DNA of 64,000 nt from Octopus sinensis (GCF_006345805.1 NC_043004.1:27404001-27468000); one strand, 5' to 3'. Shown: positions 48,440 to 62,315, numbered from the stretch's first letter. Notes: generated from the letters alone by a model not told the origin. Translations and numbers: made by a program.

Positions 48440-48657
48440 TTGTGTGTCTGTGTTTGTCCCCCTAGCATTGCTTGACAGCTGATGCTGGTGTGTTTACGTC
48501 CCTGTCACTCAGCGGTTCGGCAAAAGAGACCGATAGAATAAGTACTGGGCTTACAAAGAATAAGTCCCAGGGTCGATTTGCTCGACTAAAGGCGGTGCTC
48601 CAGCATGGCCACAGTCAAATGACTGAAACAAGTAAAAGAGTAAAAGAGTAAAGAGTA
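48240..48657 (+). mobile_element. Full-length tRNA-derived SINE with internal (TA)(TG) microsatellite and (TAAAAGAG)n tail
   Basis: Head tggatgtgtggtaag...gggttcagtccc; several homologues in the window. Confidence 0.92.
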
Positions 48658-49189
48658 ACAATAACCATCCTGGGGAATTGTATCATATAGGCGTTTGGTG
48701 CTAAAAAAGCACAGATGATATAGGCAAATGGAATTTTACCAGCAGCAGCAGACAAGACAGTTGTATCACATGTTTTGGTATAATTTTCACCTCATCTGCA
48801 ATAAACACCTAATCACCAAATGCCAGACTGAAATTCCATCAAATCAAAATAGTTTGACCATTTTAAAAGAGTTGAAGTAAATTTATGGATGCAGTCTATA
48901 TGGTTTAAATTTATGCAGCCTAACTTATGTACTTGCTTAGCACTTTGCATCAGTTGACATAAATATACATCATAGTCTGAGCTAGCACCAGTCAAGCTAA
49001 AATTACACTGACTGATAGGCTGGTAAGATGCTTTATCTAAATATTTATGACTCGAAAGGCTGCTTAGATATTTTATCTAAATATTTACATCCTGGATATA
49101 GGCTTTGTTACTACATAAGGTGTAGTTTAGGTAATGATACCACATTACCACTATGGCTTCCAAACAACTCAAAATCAATCTGTGCTCTT

Positions 49190-50330
49190 CACTCAGTGTT
49201 GTAGCTGAATCTTGTAGTCCCACTTGTAATTCAAGCATGCAATTAGCCTGTAATTTCCAACAGACCCTTTAGTTTCAAAGGTGTCTTCCCTTTCAACCAT
49301 CCAATTTGGAACTCCCCCTTGTACTAAACAATCATTTAGGTGCTTCCCCAGTCTTGAAGGAACACTTTTGAATCTTTGCAACCAGTATCCTTGGATCCCA
49401 TTGGTCCAAAATATTTCCAGTTCAACATTTTCCTAATGTGCTCTCAAACATCTTCCCTTACAATGCTTTCTCATCTCTGTTTTAGTACATTAGATAAATT
49501 ATCTTCAACTTCACTTATCCATTTCATATCTTTGTTATGCTCTTTTGCAACCCACCAAAAACTTCATCAAAATTGTGAAGTTTCTTCAGTATTCAGTGAA
49601 GCATCTGCACCATGTTTCCCTAACAATATTCTGAAGAACATTTGATTTACAGAGAACAGTTTGTTCTGTTTGTATTGTTTGTTTTTTTTCCTATTTGCAG
49701 AGTGCCAAACCCAATTTGATTTTGCTTTAATTCACTGTTTCACTTCTATCACTAAATTCGAACATTTTCACTTTATTTTATACCTTATGTCCATGTGACG
49801 TTTCTCTCCTATTTTGGCCTTTATCTATTTTTCTCTATGCCATGCATCTGGTTTGCCTAGATCTTTTCTGAGCTGAGTTGTATCACCTTCCAGTCTTCTC
49901 TTACAGCAGGATCCCTTATATTTCTTCCTGTCTGTTTGCTTGAAATCTAGTTGTTCACCAACGAGAAACCCTACAGCAGTAATTAACTTTCTCGGGTTGC
50001 TAATACCATTAGTTTCTATATACATCATGGCATTGTTTACTTTTACAGTTTCATTTGCTATGTGACTTCTCTATATACTCTAAAGATTCAGTGGAGTATT
50101 ACTGAATCCATGATCATGAAACAAATCTCTCAATCATTTGATAATCTGTCTTGTTTCTTCCTCTTCATTTTCATTCGACTTTTCAATGTACATGTCATCA
50201 ATCACTTGATTTTCTACTCTAACATTTGGCAGGTCGTCATTTTGTACATTACCCGCATCTTGGTTGGCTGAATTTTCTTAAATTGGTTCGTTATTTTCAT
50301 TGTGAACTCCCTGTTGCCCACTTTCCACAC
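49190..50330 (-). mobile_element. R4/Dong LINE fragment
   Basis: LGKHLNDCLVQGGVPNWMVE...GNYRLIACL; KRRLEGDTTQLRKDLG. Confidence 0.78.
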
Positions 50331-50339
50331 TCATATTCA

Positions 50340-51600
50340 AAGATGGGATGAGTTCATTGGCTGACTATGAAGTAGTGCTAAGACTGTGAAATCTTGCATA
50401 CATTAATTTCAACTCTTCTTATTAACAACTGCATTGTTTCTTTCCAAGTAAACTTATATCTGATTCTTCAAAGAAGACTTCAAAACCAACTAGCAGTGAC
50501 TTCTCTTGAAAATGGACAGAAAAAGAGTTTAGCTCCCAAGGACATTCATGCTGATATGATTGTTACACTAGGGGATGATGTTACAGTTTTATCAACAATG
50601 CAAAAGTGGACAGCAGAACTTAGGAGGGGACGGGAGAGTCTTGAAGATGAAACAAGGTTCAGATGTCCTGCAACTGGTTCCATCAAGGAAAAAATTGATT
50701 ATGTTCTCCATATGGTGATGGATGACATGTGATTGACTATAAATTAAATAGCTAATGCTATGAGAATATTCCATGAGAGAGTTGGAAATATTTTCCACAA
50801 TGAACTTGGCATGACAAAGGTTTCTGCTCAGTGGGCACCATGTCTTCTGACACCTGATCACAAGCGCACCAAGTTGATCACATCATGAGAAAATCTGACG
50901 TTGTTTAAGGCAGATCCAGCAGGTTTCCTTGAATGTTACCAAACCCGGAATAAGTGTTGGGTTCTTTACTTTGATTCAGAGACAAAGGGACAATTGATGC
51001 AGTGGAAACATCCTCTCTTCACCACCCCAAAGAAGGCCAAGATCGTTTCATCTGCAGGGAAGGTGATAACCTCAGTTTTTTGGAGATGCAGAAGGCATTG
51101 TCTCGATTGACTATCTTTAAAAGGGCCACACCATCACTGGAGAGTACTTTACCAACTAGTTGTGGCAGTTATGAAAGGCTATCAGGACTAAACGCCAAGG
51201 AAAACTGACAAAAGAGGTCTTGGTTCATGAGGTCAATGCTCCAGCACACAAGTCATTGGTTTCAATGACTGCTGTGCATGGGTGGGGCATTGAATTGGTT
51301 GACCAGCCCCCCTGTTCTCCTGCTTTGGCCCTATCTGACTATCATCTGTTCTCCAATATGTAAAAAAAGACCCTCGACTAGGAACTAGTATCACAGTGAT
51401 GATGACACCATTTCTGGTGTTGATGACTTTTTGACTAACAAGATGAAAGCTTCTTCACCAATGGGGCTCAAATACTGCAAGACTGATGGAAGAAATGTGT
51501 GTATCACAAGGGGGACCTTTTGAAAAACAAATCTCATTTGATCAGATTCCATGAGAGTATCTTGGTCAGCCTATTGAACTTTTCAGCTGACCTTCATCTA
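50340..51600 (+). mobile_element. Near-complete decayed mariner transposon
   Basis: GRESLEDETR..P; AQWAPCLLT; YFDSETKGQLMQWKH...KKAKIVSSAGKV; HEVNAPAH; PPCSPALALSDYHLF; TIR remnants aagttcaataggctgac / gagttcattggctgac. Confidence 0.9.
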
Positions 51601-51899
51601 TGTACATACATACATACATACATACATACATACATTCATACATACATACATACATACAAACAAACAACTCAGAACAACAAGTTGTGTATATGTGTTGTGT
51701 AAAAATACAACACCTCCTCACAAGAATGGACTGGACTACTACATATAACTAGTCGCTGTCTGAGTAAGTGAGGTAGTCTGTGCTAGTTCTACAGTTTGTG
51801 TGCTGACAGTTCAAAGTTGGAATTTAAAGTTCACCGTTGAGTTAGCGTGTTGGATTGTTTGTTTTTAATTATTGTTGTTACATTCCATATGGTTACTGC

Positions 51900-52758
51900 C
51901 ATTTGTTTCGATTATATTATTATCACACTGTTGCAGTGTATTTGTTTATCCATAAAGATATAACTATTTGGCATGGGAAACTATTCATCGAAAATACAAA
52001 GAACGCTATCTCCGACTTTGAAACTACACCTATCAGCCTTGTTGAATAACTGGTTATTCTTCAGATGAATTAACTGAGGGAACCTTTTATTCACAATCGT
52101 AGTGATTTATGACTGAAACTTGAATTTATCATGCAGAGAGTTACTACAAGTAATGTGGGTGGATACAGCATCAACAACAAAACAACCAAGGAACAGAATA
52201 AAAACAACAGTTCAACAAGTAAGCAAATTCTTTCTAGCTGTATTTATAGAAGAGACCGTTTATTATAAAACTCCTTTTCCTTGGACTTATGAATTGAATA
52301 CTGATCTATTTAACTGTTATAATAGAGTAAAACAAAACCCCTCTGTTGCTTGTATGAATCGATTGAAATCATATTGGGACACGCCGTGTCCAGAATTAAA
52401 TCAGTTCACTGGGAAGCAATTACAGCAACAAACAACATTTGTGGAATACAGGAAAAAAGTTAGTGACTGTAACTTTATTAATAAAAGATCTGAAATTAAC
52501 CCTCTTCCCAACACTGTAAACGAAAATGAAAACATAAATGATGTGAGAACACCATGTGGGTTTGCAGTTATCAACATTCCAACAGATTCTGTACTTCCTG
52601 CCGCCAGTCAAACTACATAACTACTGGCTAAAGTAACTGACCACTGTCCCCTACTGCAACTATGCAAATAGCAGGCAGAACTGCAACGATTACCTTAGTA
52701 GTAGTTTTAGTAGTAGTAGTAGTAGTAGTAGTAGTATAGTAGTAGTAGTAGTAGCAGC

Positions 52759-52810
<52 letters not shown>

Positions 52811-52832
52811 GCAGAAGCAGCAAAGCAGTAGC

Positions 52833-52889
<57 letters not shown>

Positions 52890-55430
52890 CAGGATTATAT
52901 ATTGATGAAATGTGCTCTTACTGAAATTTTCCAAGAAAAAATAACTCACTTTGAAGTACTCTCTTGAGGAGAGAGTATTCTCTTCCAAAGTAAGTAAAAA
53001 AAAATCACCAGACATGGTATTAAAAGCAGTTAAGGAAATTGGAGAGGAGTATTTACAGTAGTGTAATGAACTCACATTCTACCCTGTCTGCTACTGCAAA
53101 GTAGTATATGAATGACATTCGAAAAGTGGACAAAACTGAAACAACAAAGAAAGTACCATCATGGGTTTTGGACACAGAATAAGATGCAAACAAGCCAATC
53201 ACTATACATCTCACCAACAAAAAGTGAAGAAGAACATAGAAGTGATGTTTGGAGACTGTAAAAAGAGGACACTCACATGCTAACTGATTGCCCTCAAGCA
53301 GGAACTAAAAGCTGTCAGAAGAGGATAACAGAAAGAAAAACAATAAACTAAAAATTTAACTGGAACCAGGCAGCAGTATACAGAGACATGAGAAGAGAAG
53401 CTGTGAACATCACAGAAGCTCCTTCATGAGAAAACAGATTCCTTCTGAGGTGAAGAAAAGGAGTTTAACCAAGATGCTCTGTGACTGGAAGAAATTCGAA
53501 GTTATTGTCCCTGCATTATACCCAAGACATACAGCATTGATGTGATACACTTGCAACAGTGTTCCAGAAACTTCAGGATGGAAAAGCACCTGGAAGAGAC
53601 TTGATTATTGAATAATGGTACGAGAAGCTAACCATCTACCAACTGTATCTTATCAACCTGTACCAAGACACTCTCAATGGCTATGGCTACAGTAGCATAC
53701 TACACTAGTTAGCTCTGGCAGAGACAAAACTGATCTTTAAATGCAGAACCAGCCACAAAACAAAAAATGACTGGCCAATTGCTTGCCAGAACTTAATTCT
53801 AAAATATATACAGCATGTTTAAACCTCTTCCTCCAAGACCATTGTGAAACCAATAGCATCATCATAGCAGAGCAAGCTGTTGGGAAGAAGGGAGTCTGAG
53901 AATGTGCCGAGCAAGTGTTAATAACAAAACTGTAAAGTCAGAGGTGTGGGGAGCATAGAAGGAACCTAGTTTCAATGTGGCTAGACTACAAGAAAGTTTT
54001 TGACTCTGTTCACCACTCAAGCTTCATAGAAGCCCTTCAACTTGCGAAAGTTCCAGTAAGCATAGCCAGAGCTATAGCTGATCTGACTTCATCAGGGGCC
54101 ACCATCTTGAAATTAAACACAAGGAGTGACTGCATTATCAGTAATAGAATACAGTATCACAGAGGTATATTCCAAGGGGACAACCTCTGTGATGTTTTTT
54201 ATACTTTCTGTAAACCCTTTGTCATTCATGTTAAGGAAGTCTGAAGGATATCTCACTGGTTCACAAGGAAACAGAAATACCAAAATTACACACAGTTTCT
54301 TTGTGGATGACTTGAAACTATATGCAAAGACTATGCAGGAGATGAAAAAGAGCCTTGACCTAGTTACAACATTTTCAAAGAATGTAGAGTTGGAGTTTGG
54401 TTAGGATAAATGTTGCTGTATGGTGGTGAAAAGAGGAAAAACTGTAACCCAGACTAGCAACATCTCCATCAATGACAACTGTTTCCCTTATATCTGATGA
54501 GGAATGTTACAGGTATCTAGGGGTGGATGAAAACATATCTTACAATTGCACCTGTAACAAAACACATGTCACTAAAGAATATTATAAAGAAATTTGAACC
54601 TTGGAACTCTCTACATTCTATAAAAGGGTGGTCCACAATGTGTTTGCAGTGCCAGTACTCATACCAACATTAGGGCTGCTTGATTGAATGCTTGATGAGA
54701 TCCTATCCATTGATGTGAAAACCCAGAAGGTACCAACAAGCCCACATAATTTCCACATCAACGGTGATGTAGACCACCTCTACCTAAACTGAAAACAAGG
54801 CAGCAGAGGCTTAAAATAGATCCAAACTGCCTTTGAACGTCGTATCACATCTCCTCAGCAACATCTTTTGCCCACCAAGTGTTGAATTGCATCCTTTGAC
54901 CAAGTTTGCATGAGGTTGATAATATCATAAGACTTGGAAGGCAGCTCCTTGAGCAGCATTCCTTGTTTGATAATCTTAAATACATGCCCAAAGAAGTCAT
55001 ATGATGCTACAGCAACATGAAAGGATGAATATATATGAGCAGAAGACCAGGCATGGATATGTTAGTAGAAAGCTCTGAGATGACAGTAACATTGATCATC
55101 AAAGCAGTCTGTCATAGATTATTGCATCCCACTTTGAAGGATATGCATTTGCAATCCAGGAACAGGAAATGTCAACTAAATACCTGATGCACAAAAGGGA
55201 CAGAGATTCAAGAAAAGCAGTGAAATATAACAACCAATGCAACCTTTGTGGAGTTAGCACAAAAGATATCACCCAAATCATAAGCACTTGTCTGAAAATG
55301 TCATCACTGTATTATCTACTGATGAGACATGATGCTGTAGCTAGAACACATCAAAGGAATAACCCCAAGGACAAAGAAATAAGAACCCACAGTATGTGGC
55401 AGCCATAGACACTCTTACTAATTTCTATAA
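51900..55430 (+). mobile_element. Long decayed R4/Dong LINE (N-terminus, RT, CCHC region)
   Basis: WTYELNTDLFNCY...RLKSYWD; WLDYKKVFDSVHHS; RGIFQGDNL; HSFFVDDLKLYA; CNLCG...TQIISTC...RHDAVA; interrupted by (TAG/CAG)n at about 52700-52890. Confidence 0.88.
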
Positions 55431-55704
55431 TATTTCCAAAGTGCAGATCCCAGGGTAGGTGAATAACATATAAATGAGTAACAAAGATGTACAGGTGTCA
55501 ATTCATTACGGCCGTTTCAAGTGACTCCTTTGATTGATTGATGAAAACATTACATGATTGCAGAGAAACTGTTTTCATCAGATGACTGCATAGACTTCAA
55601 ATGCAAAGGACAAAGAAATAGCAGCAGGATCAATGTAAATATTTTGAGCTGCATTGGTGATGCGAATATGTTGAAGCAGTTGGTTTGTCCTTTGCGTTTG
55701 AACG

Positions 55705-58140
55705 TAGTGTGAACGTAGGGTGGACTTCAGTGCCTACCTGCACAGCCTGCCACGACTCTCGGCAAGAGAAGCAGAGTGCTGCAAAGGTGCCATCACGGCG
55801 GTGGATGTGCAGGATGCAATGGCAGAATTCTCGAGAGACAAATCACCGGGTTTGGATGGTCTGCCCTACGAGTTTTACAATTGTATGTCAGACTTGTTTG
55901 GAGACATCTTGGCAGCAGTATACTGAAACTGGCAGCAAAACGGGAGCATACCCGGTTTTGTGAGTCAAGGAGCCGTAACAAGGGGGACATTATAGATAAC
56001 TTTAGGCCAATCACTCTGCTCAATGCAGACATGAAAATTTTGACCAAAGTGTTAGCCAAGAGGTTGGCGCTTGTCATCGAGAAACTGGTTGACAAGGCGC
56101 AAACGTGTGCCGTGCTGGGCCGGAGCATCCATGACAACCTCCATCTGATGCGCTACACCATAGACAGAGTAGTTAAGGAACCTGGCATGGGTGGGGCCCT
56201 GATCAATTTGGATCAATCGAAAGCTTTCGATAGGGTAGACCATCAATACTTGGAGGCAGTCCTGAGAGCGGCTGGTTTCGGTCCCGTCTTCCACGGCTTG
56301 TACAGAGGTATCCGTTCGGTAATTCGCGTAAATGGACATCTATCGAGACCTTTCGACATTGCACGTTCGGTCCGTCAGGGATTCCCCCTCTTGTCGCTTC
56401 TATACGTATTGACTCTTGAGCCACTACTGCGGAAGCTGGCGACTCTTAGGGGCATCCCGTGAGAATTGGGATGCGGGACAAGGGTGTCTGCATATGCGGA
56501 CGACGTCACTGTCATAGTGTCTAGCCACGAGCACATCGAGCAGGTCGGCGAGACACTGAAAAACTACGAAGTGGTGACAGGAGCGAAAATCAACCGGGAA
56601 AAGTCAGTGGGCTTGCGGCTCGGCACCTGGAGAAGCAAGCCCATGCCGTCCACCAGCACCTCCGGTCGAGTTGCTCGGGGTCTGGTTCGGTCCAGACCTC
56701 CAAATGGAGAAGAACTGGAACGAGATAATGAGTAGGGTGGTCACTCTTGCCCAGCAATGGGCCAAGAGGAAACTGTCCCTAAAAGGTTGTGTGGAGGTGG
56801 CGAACACGTACATCACGTCCATCATCTACTATCGCCTGACCGTCGTACCTTGTCTCGACCCTACCATCACCAAACTAGAACGCATTCTCTTCCCCTTCTT
56901 GTGGAAAGGATGCGTCCCGATGGTCAGGCAATCCATTTGCTGTCAACACCCGTTAAAAGGAGGGCTGGGCATGCCGTGGTTGATGATGCGCAGACATGCA
57001 CTGAAACTGCGGCATCTCCAGCTCTATGTAGACAACGGTGAACAGGTGTGGTCACCGTTTGTGAGGCACGCTTTCCCGCAGCTCGTCTCCATAACAGAAC
57101 TGTAGTCGTAGATCAAAAAGAGGCCGAGGAAGGGCGAATGGTACCGTGAGTGTCGCGTTGCTCTCAAGCAACTATGCCGTCCGAGTCGACCTTGAGTGAC
57201 TTCGACACAACCAAAGCATTCTATAGGGGATTAGAGGAGGGGAGGTACGTCGACAATCTTGGGGCGAACCTGGGCGTCGATGAGGAAAATCTGACCCGCC
57301 TGTTTGAGACGACCTTCGGGCCGGGACCTATGGACAACTTCCAGAGATCCCTGGCCTGGCAGTGCTACCGAGAAGCGCTACCCATTCGGGATAAGCTCAA
57401 TAGGCATGGCTCGAGAAACACAGGGCCGACCTGCCCAAGATGCGGTCAGAGCAACGAAACCGTTCCGCACGCAATCGTGCAGTGTCCAACAATCTCCGAC
57501 CTGTGGGCTTATGTCGAACGACTGCTGTCACGTGTGGGACATGTCAGTTTATCAGCCAAGTCTATCGTTAATATCGTCATGCCTCCTTCCTTCAAACGAG
57601 AAGGAAGAGCTATTTTTATCCGACTTTATAGTGAAAGAATGTATCTGGTGGATGCGTCTGAAAGGATTAGAGACAAACACTTTCCTCTCTGGTCAATCTC
57701 TCATCAATTTCTTCAAGTATCACTTGAAAAGGAAAGTGAGAGTAGAGAGGCAAGTTTTGTCTAGTGAATGTTTTAAAAAAAGATGGGTGAATGAAGCAAG
57801 GATGGCACATATGAAGGTCGAAGCCACCTTGACTATGATCCTATGAACCGTAAAAATTAATACAGAGTTGCTGTATTATGTGACTTCATTGACCGAGATT
57901 ACCGTGGTCTTTTCCATAGGCTTTTCTTTCCACGGGTAAACCTCACCTGTCTTCCCCTTTACACTTTACATTGACATTTCTGTGATAACGATCCCTATTG
58001 ATCGATTTTTTTCTTTTTTTTGCTTTTCTCTTTCTTTCCATTTATGATCCCTTTTGATTGAAAACCAAACACCTTTTTTCATCTCCAAAAAGAAAAGCTC
58101 TACCTTGTAATTTGTCCCGTCTGTGTGGCCAATAAAGAAA
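55705..58140 (+). mobile_element. 5'-truncated Tx1/L1-clade LINE (RT, C-terminal CxxC region, 3' UTR)
   Basis: KSPGLDGLPYEFY; NFRPITLLNADMKILTKVLAKRL; LDQSKAFDRVDH; SVRQG; AYADDVT; CPRCG..NETVPHAIVQC; ends aataaagaaa before (CTAT)n. Confidence 0.93.
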
Positions 58141-58156
58141 CATATCTATCTATCTA

Positions 58157-58210
<54 letters not shown>

Positions 58211-59039
58211 CAGGAGTGAGTGAATAAATGAAAGAAGGGCACTCAAAAAATATATGGGGAATTACATGTATGGATCAAAACAGTTTGATTCAAATTCGTT
58301 GGTATGCTGAGTTTCAAGTGTGATGCTAATCTTCAGCCATTTTGAATTTGAATGACAGAAGTTGATGGTTATTGCTGTAACGTGGGTTGCGATTAGTTGT
58401 GGAAGGTCACGTTGTGTTGTGGTTTGATGTTGATATATCAGCAACAACAATTGCTTGGAAAATACCGCATGATGAACAGGAAAAATGACCGTATGGTGGA
58501 CAGGAAATCAGTCATGGGGTAAGTAGGAAGAGGTGGTAGGTGCAAGTATATAGTTGTATATGTGAGTGCATTGATGTGCTCATATGGTTTTGTGCGTATG
58601 TCTGTGTATTGATGCAAGCATGTGCATCTGTATATGGGCACACATACACACACATATCTTACCACACACAGACTTATGAATGAACATCTGCATGCACACA
58701 CACATGTACACGTGTATACAAACACATGCATCACCATGCATGCACACACAGAAACACATGCATATTCATTTATATCTAAAGGCATACCTCAGCTTAAGTC
58801 ATTTCAATTTAAGTTGTTCTCGATTATACATCAGTTTTCAAAAATAATATATGGAAAAATAATTAAGTTAAGCCATTTTACTCAACTTTACGTCTGTCCA
58901 CCACAAATATTGGAATCATAAAATCACTATAAATCGTTAAAAGCACATAAAATCATATTACTGTACAATAAATAAGAATAAAAGCATATAAAATATGTAC
59001 AGTAAATGTTAAGGTACACACCATAAAGTAGTGTAGCTT

Positions 59040-59600
59040 CATCATCATCATCATCATCATTTAGCGTCCGCTTTCCATGCTAGCATGAGTTGGACGGTTC
59101 AACTGGGGTCTGTGAAGCCAGAAGGCTGCATCAGGCCCAGTCTGATCTGGCAGTGTTTCTACGGCTGGATGCCCTTCCTAACGCCAACCACTCCGTGAGT
59201 GTAGTGGGTGCTTTTTACGTGCCACCCGCACAGGTGCCAGACGGAGCTGGCAAACGGCCACGGACGGATGGTGCTTTTTACGTGCCACCGGCACGGGGGC
59301 CAGTCGGGGCGGTGCTGGCAACGGCCACGAACGGATGGTGGTGCAGACGAGCCTGGCAGACAGCCACGAATGGATGGTGCTTTTTACGTGCCACCGGCAC
59401 GGGGGCCAGGCGAGGCTGGCAACGGCCATGAACGGATGGTGCTTTTTACGTGCCACTGGCACGAGGCCAGTCTGGGTGGCACTGGCAACGGCCACGAACG
59501 GATGGTGCTTTTTATGTGCCACCGGCCTGAGGCCAGTCGGGGTGGCGCTGGCAATGGCCACATTCGGATGGTTCTCTTACGTGCCACCGGCACTGGTAAC
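59040..59600 (-). mobile_element. RTE 3' UTR, second young subfamily with distinct ~60-bp monomers
   Basis: (CAT)n at 59040-59061; about six ttttacgtgccaccggcac...ggccacgaacggatggtg units. Confidence 0.9.
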
Positions 59601-59814
59601 TCAGCTGCAATTTCCATTGATCAATTTAATCATGAAATCAGCTGTGTTATCTTATTTATCAGTCTTTTGGAGCTCATATTGCACTGCAGTTTCATTATCT
59701 ACTGTTATGTGTCATTGTCACTTGTAGTTCCCACGCTTGTTTTGAATTCAGATTTGTTTATGTTTGTTTATTGGTTACTTCCTCATTCTCATTTATTTGT
59801 GACTTTATTTTTTG

Positions 59815-60060
59815 CCTCCATGACTCCTAAGAAAATTCATTGTGAAAATGATAAGCATCATGCTATAACATTGGAAGATAAACTGGCTATGATAAAATGC
59901 CATAAAAAAATGTGCAAGAGTGGCAGCAATTGGGATGAGTGAGACAACTGTGTTGGCGATTATAAATAAGGACAAGATTTTGCATATATCAAGTCTGAAG
60001 CCCCAGGCATGAAGAATTCTGTTATCAATAAGAAAAAATCATTTGTTTTTAAGCTTAAAA
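59815..60060 (+). mobile_element. Tigger/pogo transposase N-terminal fragment
   Basis: MTPKK...HHAITLEDKLAMIK, followed by a frameshifted psq/CENP-B-like HTH. Confidence 0.6.
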
Positions 60061-61074
60061 TAGGTTTTTATTAACCATGTATTATGGAAAATGCTTTCAT
60101 AAATCAAGTACAGAACTGGGAATGATTATTATAGGTTTAGAGACAAGTAAATTCGGCCTAGCCTAGAGACAAGTTAATTTAAGTCATGTCTCCAGGAACC
60201 AGTTAACGATGTTTGCCTGTATATATGCCTGTAGGTATGCCTGTATATATGCATTCCTGCATGCATGTATGCATGCATATTAGTGTGCACACATGTGCAT
60301 GCACACATGTACTCTCGTATATGTGCATGTATGAGTATACATGTGCATAATGAGCATTGGGGATTGGTAATTGGTGGTCCTGCTCATGGAGTTGGCTGGT
60401 GACAGTGAGGATGGAAGATATGAGGCTTGAACAGTAGATTACAACATTTATTTCTGTGCTGCACATCATCTGTAAGTTACCGAGTCTATTATGTTCATAC
60501 ACCATTACACAAGATCATTCTTTATAATTACCATGTAATTGAATATTTTCCAGCAACAACCGTGTATTGGTGCTTGACCAGATGGCATATAAGATATACA
60601 TACCTTGAAGGTCACCCTGACTCTGTTATTATTATTGTTGCAGGTGATATTATTGTAATATTATATATACATTTATGCTTTTGTCCCTTGGAATCTGATA
60701 AGTTGATTGTTGCAAAGTAATGTACATCATATACCCAGAGTATTCAGAAAATTCCAACAGGAATTAATTATAATCCACCTGGTTAAGTACCCACACACCA
60801 CTGTTGCTGAAAAATATCCAACTAAATTATGAAGTAATTATAAAGAAAAATCTTGTTGTATGGTGCAGAAACAAATGTTGTGATCTATTATTAAAGCCTG
60901 ATATCCTCTATCCTCATGTTATATCATTCTTATATTAATCTTGTGTGAAGAGGAATTCCAAATGTATATCCAGCCCTGGAATATACCCTACTGTAGAATA
61001 ACATGTGGTAGCCAAATAATGGCATAAGAGCTCTTAAATGCATGTTATGAGGTTTTTACCTGAATTATACTTTA

Positions 61075-62290
61075 TATATATAAAGTGTATCCTTCAAAAA
61101 TGTATGCACACTTTAATATATGATATCACATTTACTTTTCATCAATTTCTTGATTTAATCCATTAAAGTGAAGAGAATGAGACTAAGATTTAAACAAAAA
61201 ATTTTTTGCTGAAGTGCAGCAGGAAGTTTGTAAACACAGTAAAAATGCAAAGACAGTTTAGAGGGGAGTTTGAAATAGATCCACCTCCCAACTTCCCATC
61301 TCTCAGATTAGAGATGAGTTTGAAACAGATGAAAATATTCAGAATGTCCTCAAGAAATATTCCAGAAGACTGACTGGATATTGATGATCCCTACAAAAAC
61401 AAGAAAGGTTACTAGAAACATATTACCAGAATTCAATAAAATATGTGCAAGTAAGTTAGGAAATAGAAATTTCAAAATCAAGTGTTCATTGCATTTTGAA
61501 GTGCTGTCATTAGAAAAGTTACTATTTTAAAATATTCCATGTTCCCGCTGAGGATGATCTGAACCCAGGAGTGTGGGTTCTTGACAAGATGTGCGAGAGA
61601 TGCACTTTACAACAAAGATTACTAAAAGTGATGAGACTATGTTAATTAAAGTGTTGAATTTACCACCATAGTTGTACCTACTGGGGACTTGAGAAGCTGT
61701 TTATGACAGAAAAATTTAGTGTTGATTTACTAGGTGTCACAATATAGTGTGGTTTACCATCAAAATAATTAGTTGGTGCATTCGTTTTTTGATGGTACTT
61801 TGATCGGTCCCATTTATTTGAACTTGCTGCTACAATTTGTCATGACAAGCATTCAAGAAGACTTTGAAGATGTGAAGTTTTATTTCCAACAAGGTGGAGC
61901 ACACCAATACTACCATAGGGCCTACATTGATGAGATTTTGCTGAATGAGTGGATTGGATGAAGAGGTTCAGTGGAATATGTTCAGTATTCACTGGATCTC
62001 ACAGGACTAGGTACTTTCTTTATGGGGATACTTAAAGATAAAAGTTTATGTTACAAAACCAGCAATGTTTAAAGAACTGAGAGCAGCCTTTAAATGTGCT
62101 GAATGAAATGCACCTTCATGTTTGAATGCCATTACTTTACATTACTAGCAGTGCCTGAATCAAGCATACATGAAAAGAATTTTAAATTGTCTGCAGATTC
62201 TATAATATTCTGAAAATGAAATGTATTTGAATAAACATTGGTTTTATAATTATTCAAAGAATGTATACATTTCTGGGGACATTATGTACA
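61075..62290 (+). mobile_element. Decayed Tc1/mariner-superfamily transposon
   Basis: [12 protein letters not shown]...FYFQQGGA...WIG*RGSVEY...LWGYLKDKVY; weak TIRs containing aaatgtat(g/a)ca. Confidence 0.78.
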
Positions 62291-62315
62291 TGTGTATATA
62301 TATATATGTATATAT

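Noticed and set aside
52700-52890. (TAG)n/(CAG)n tract as the target site of the Dong LINE
   Set aside because: Dong-like coding sequence continues on both sides, so the tract lies inside the element rather than at its end.
55480-55700. Unique spacer between the Dong and Tx1 elements, with a 55-codon open stretch and ctgatga on the minus strand
   Set aside because: There is no recognisable protein motif, and no GAAA or stem arrangement for a hammerhead.
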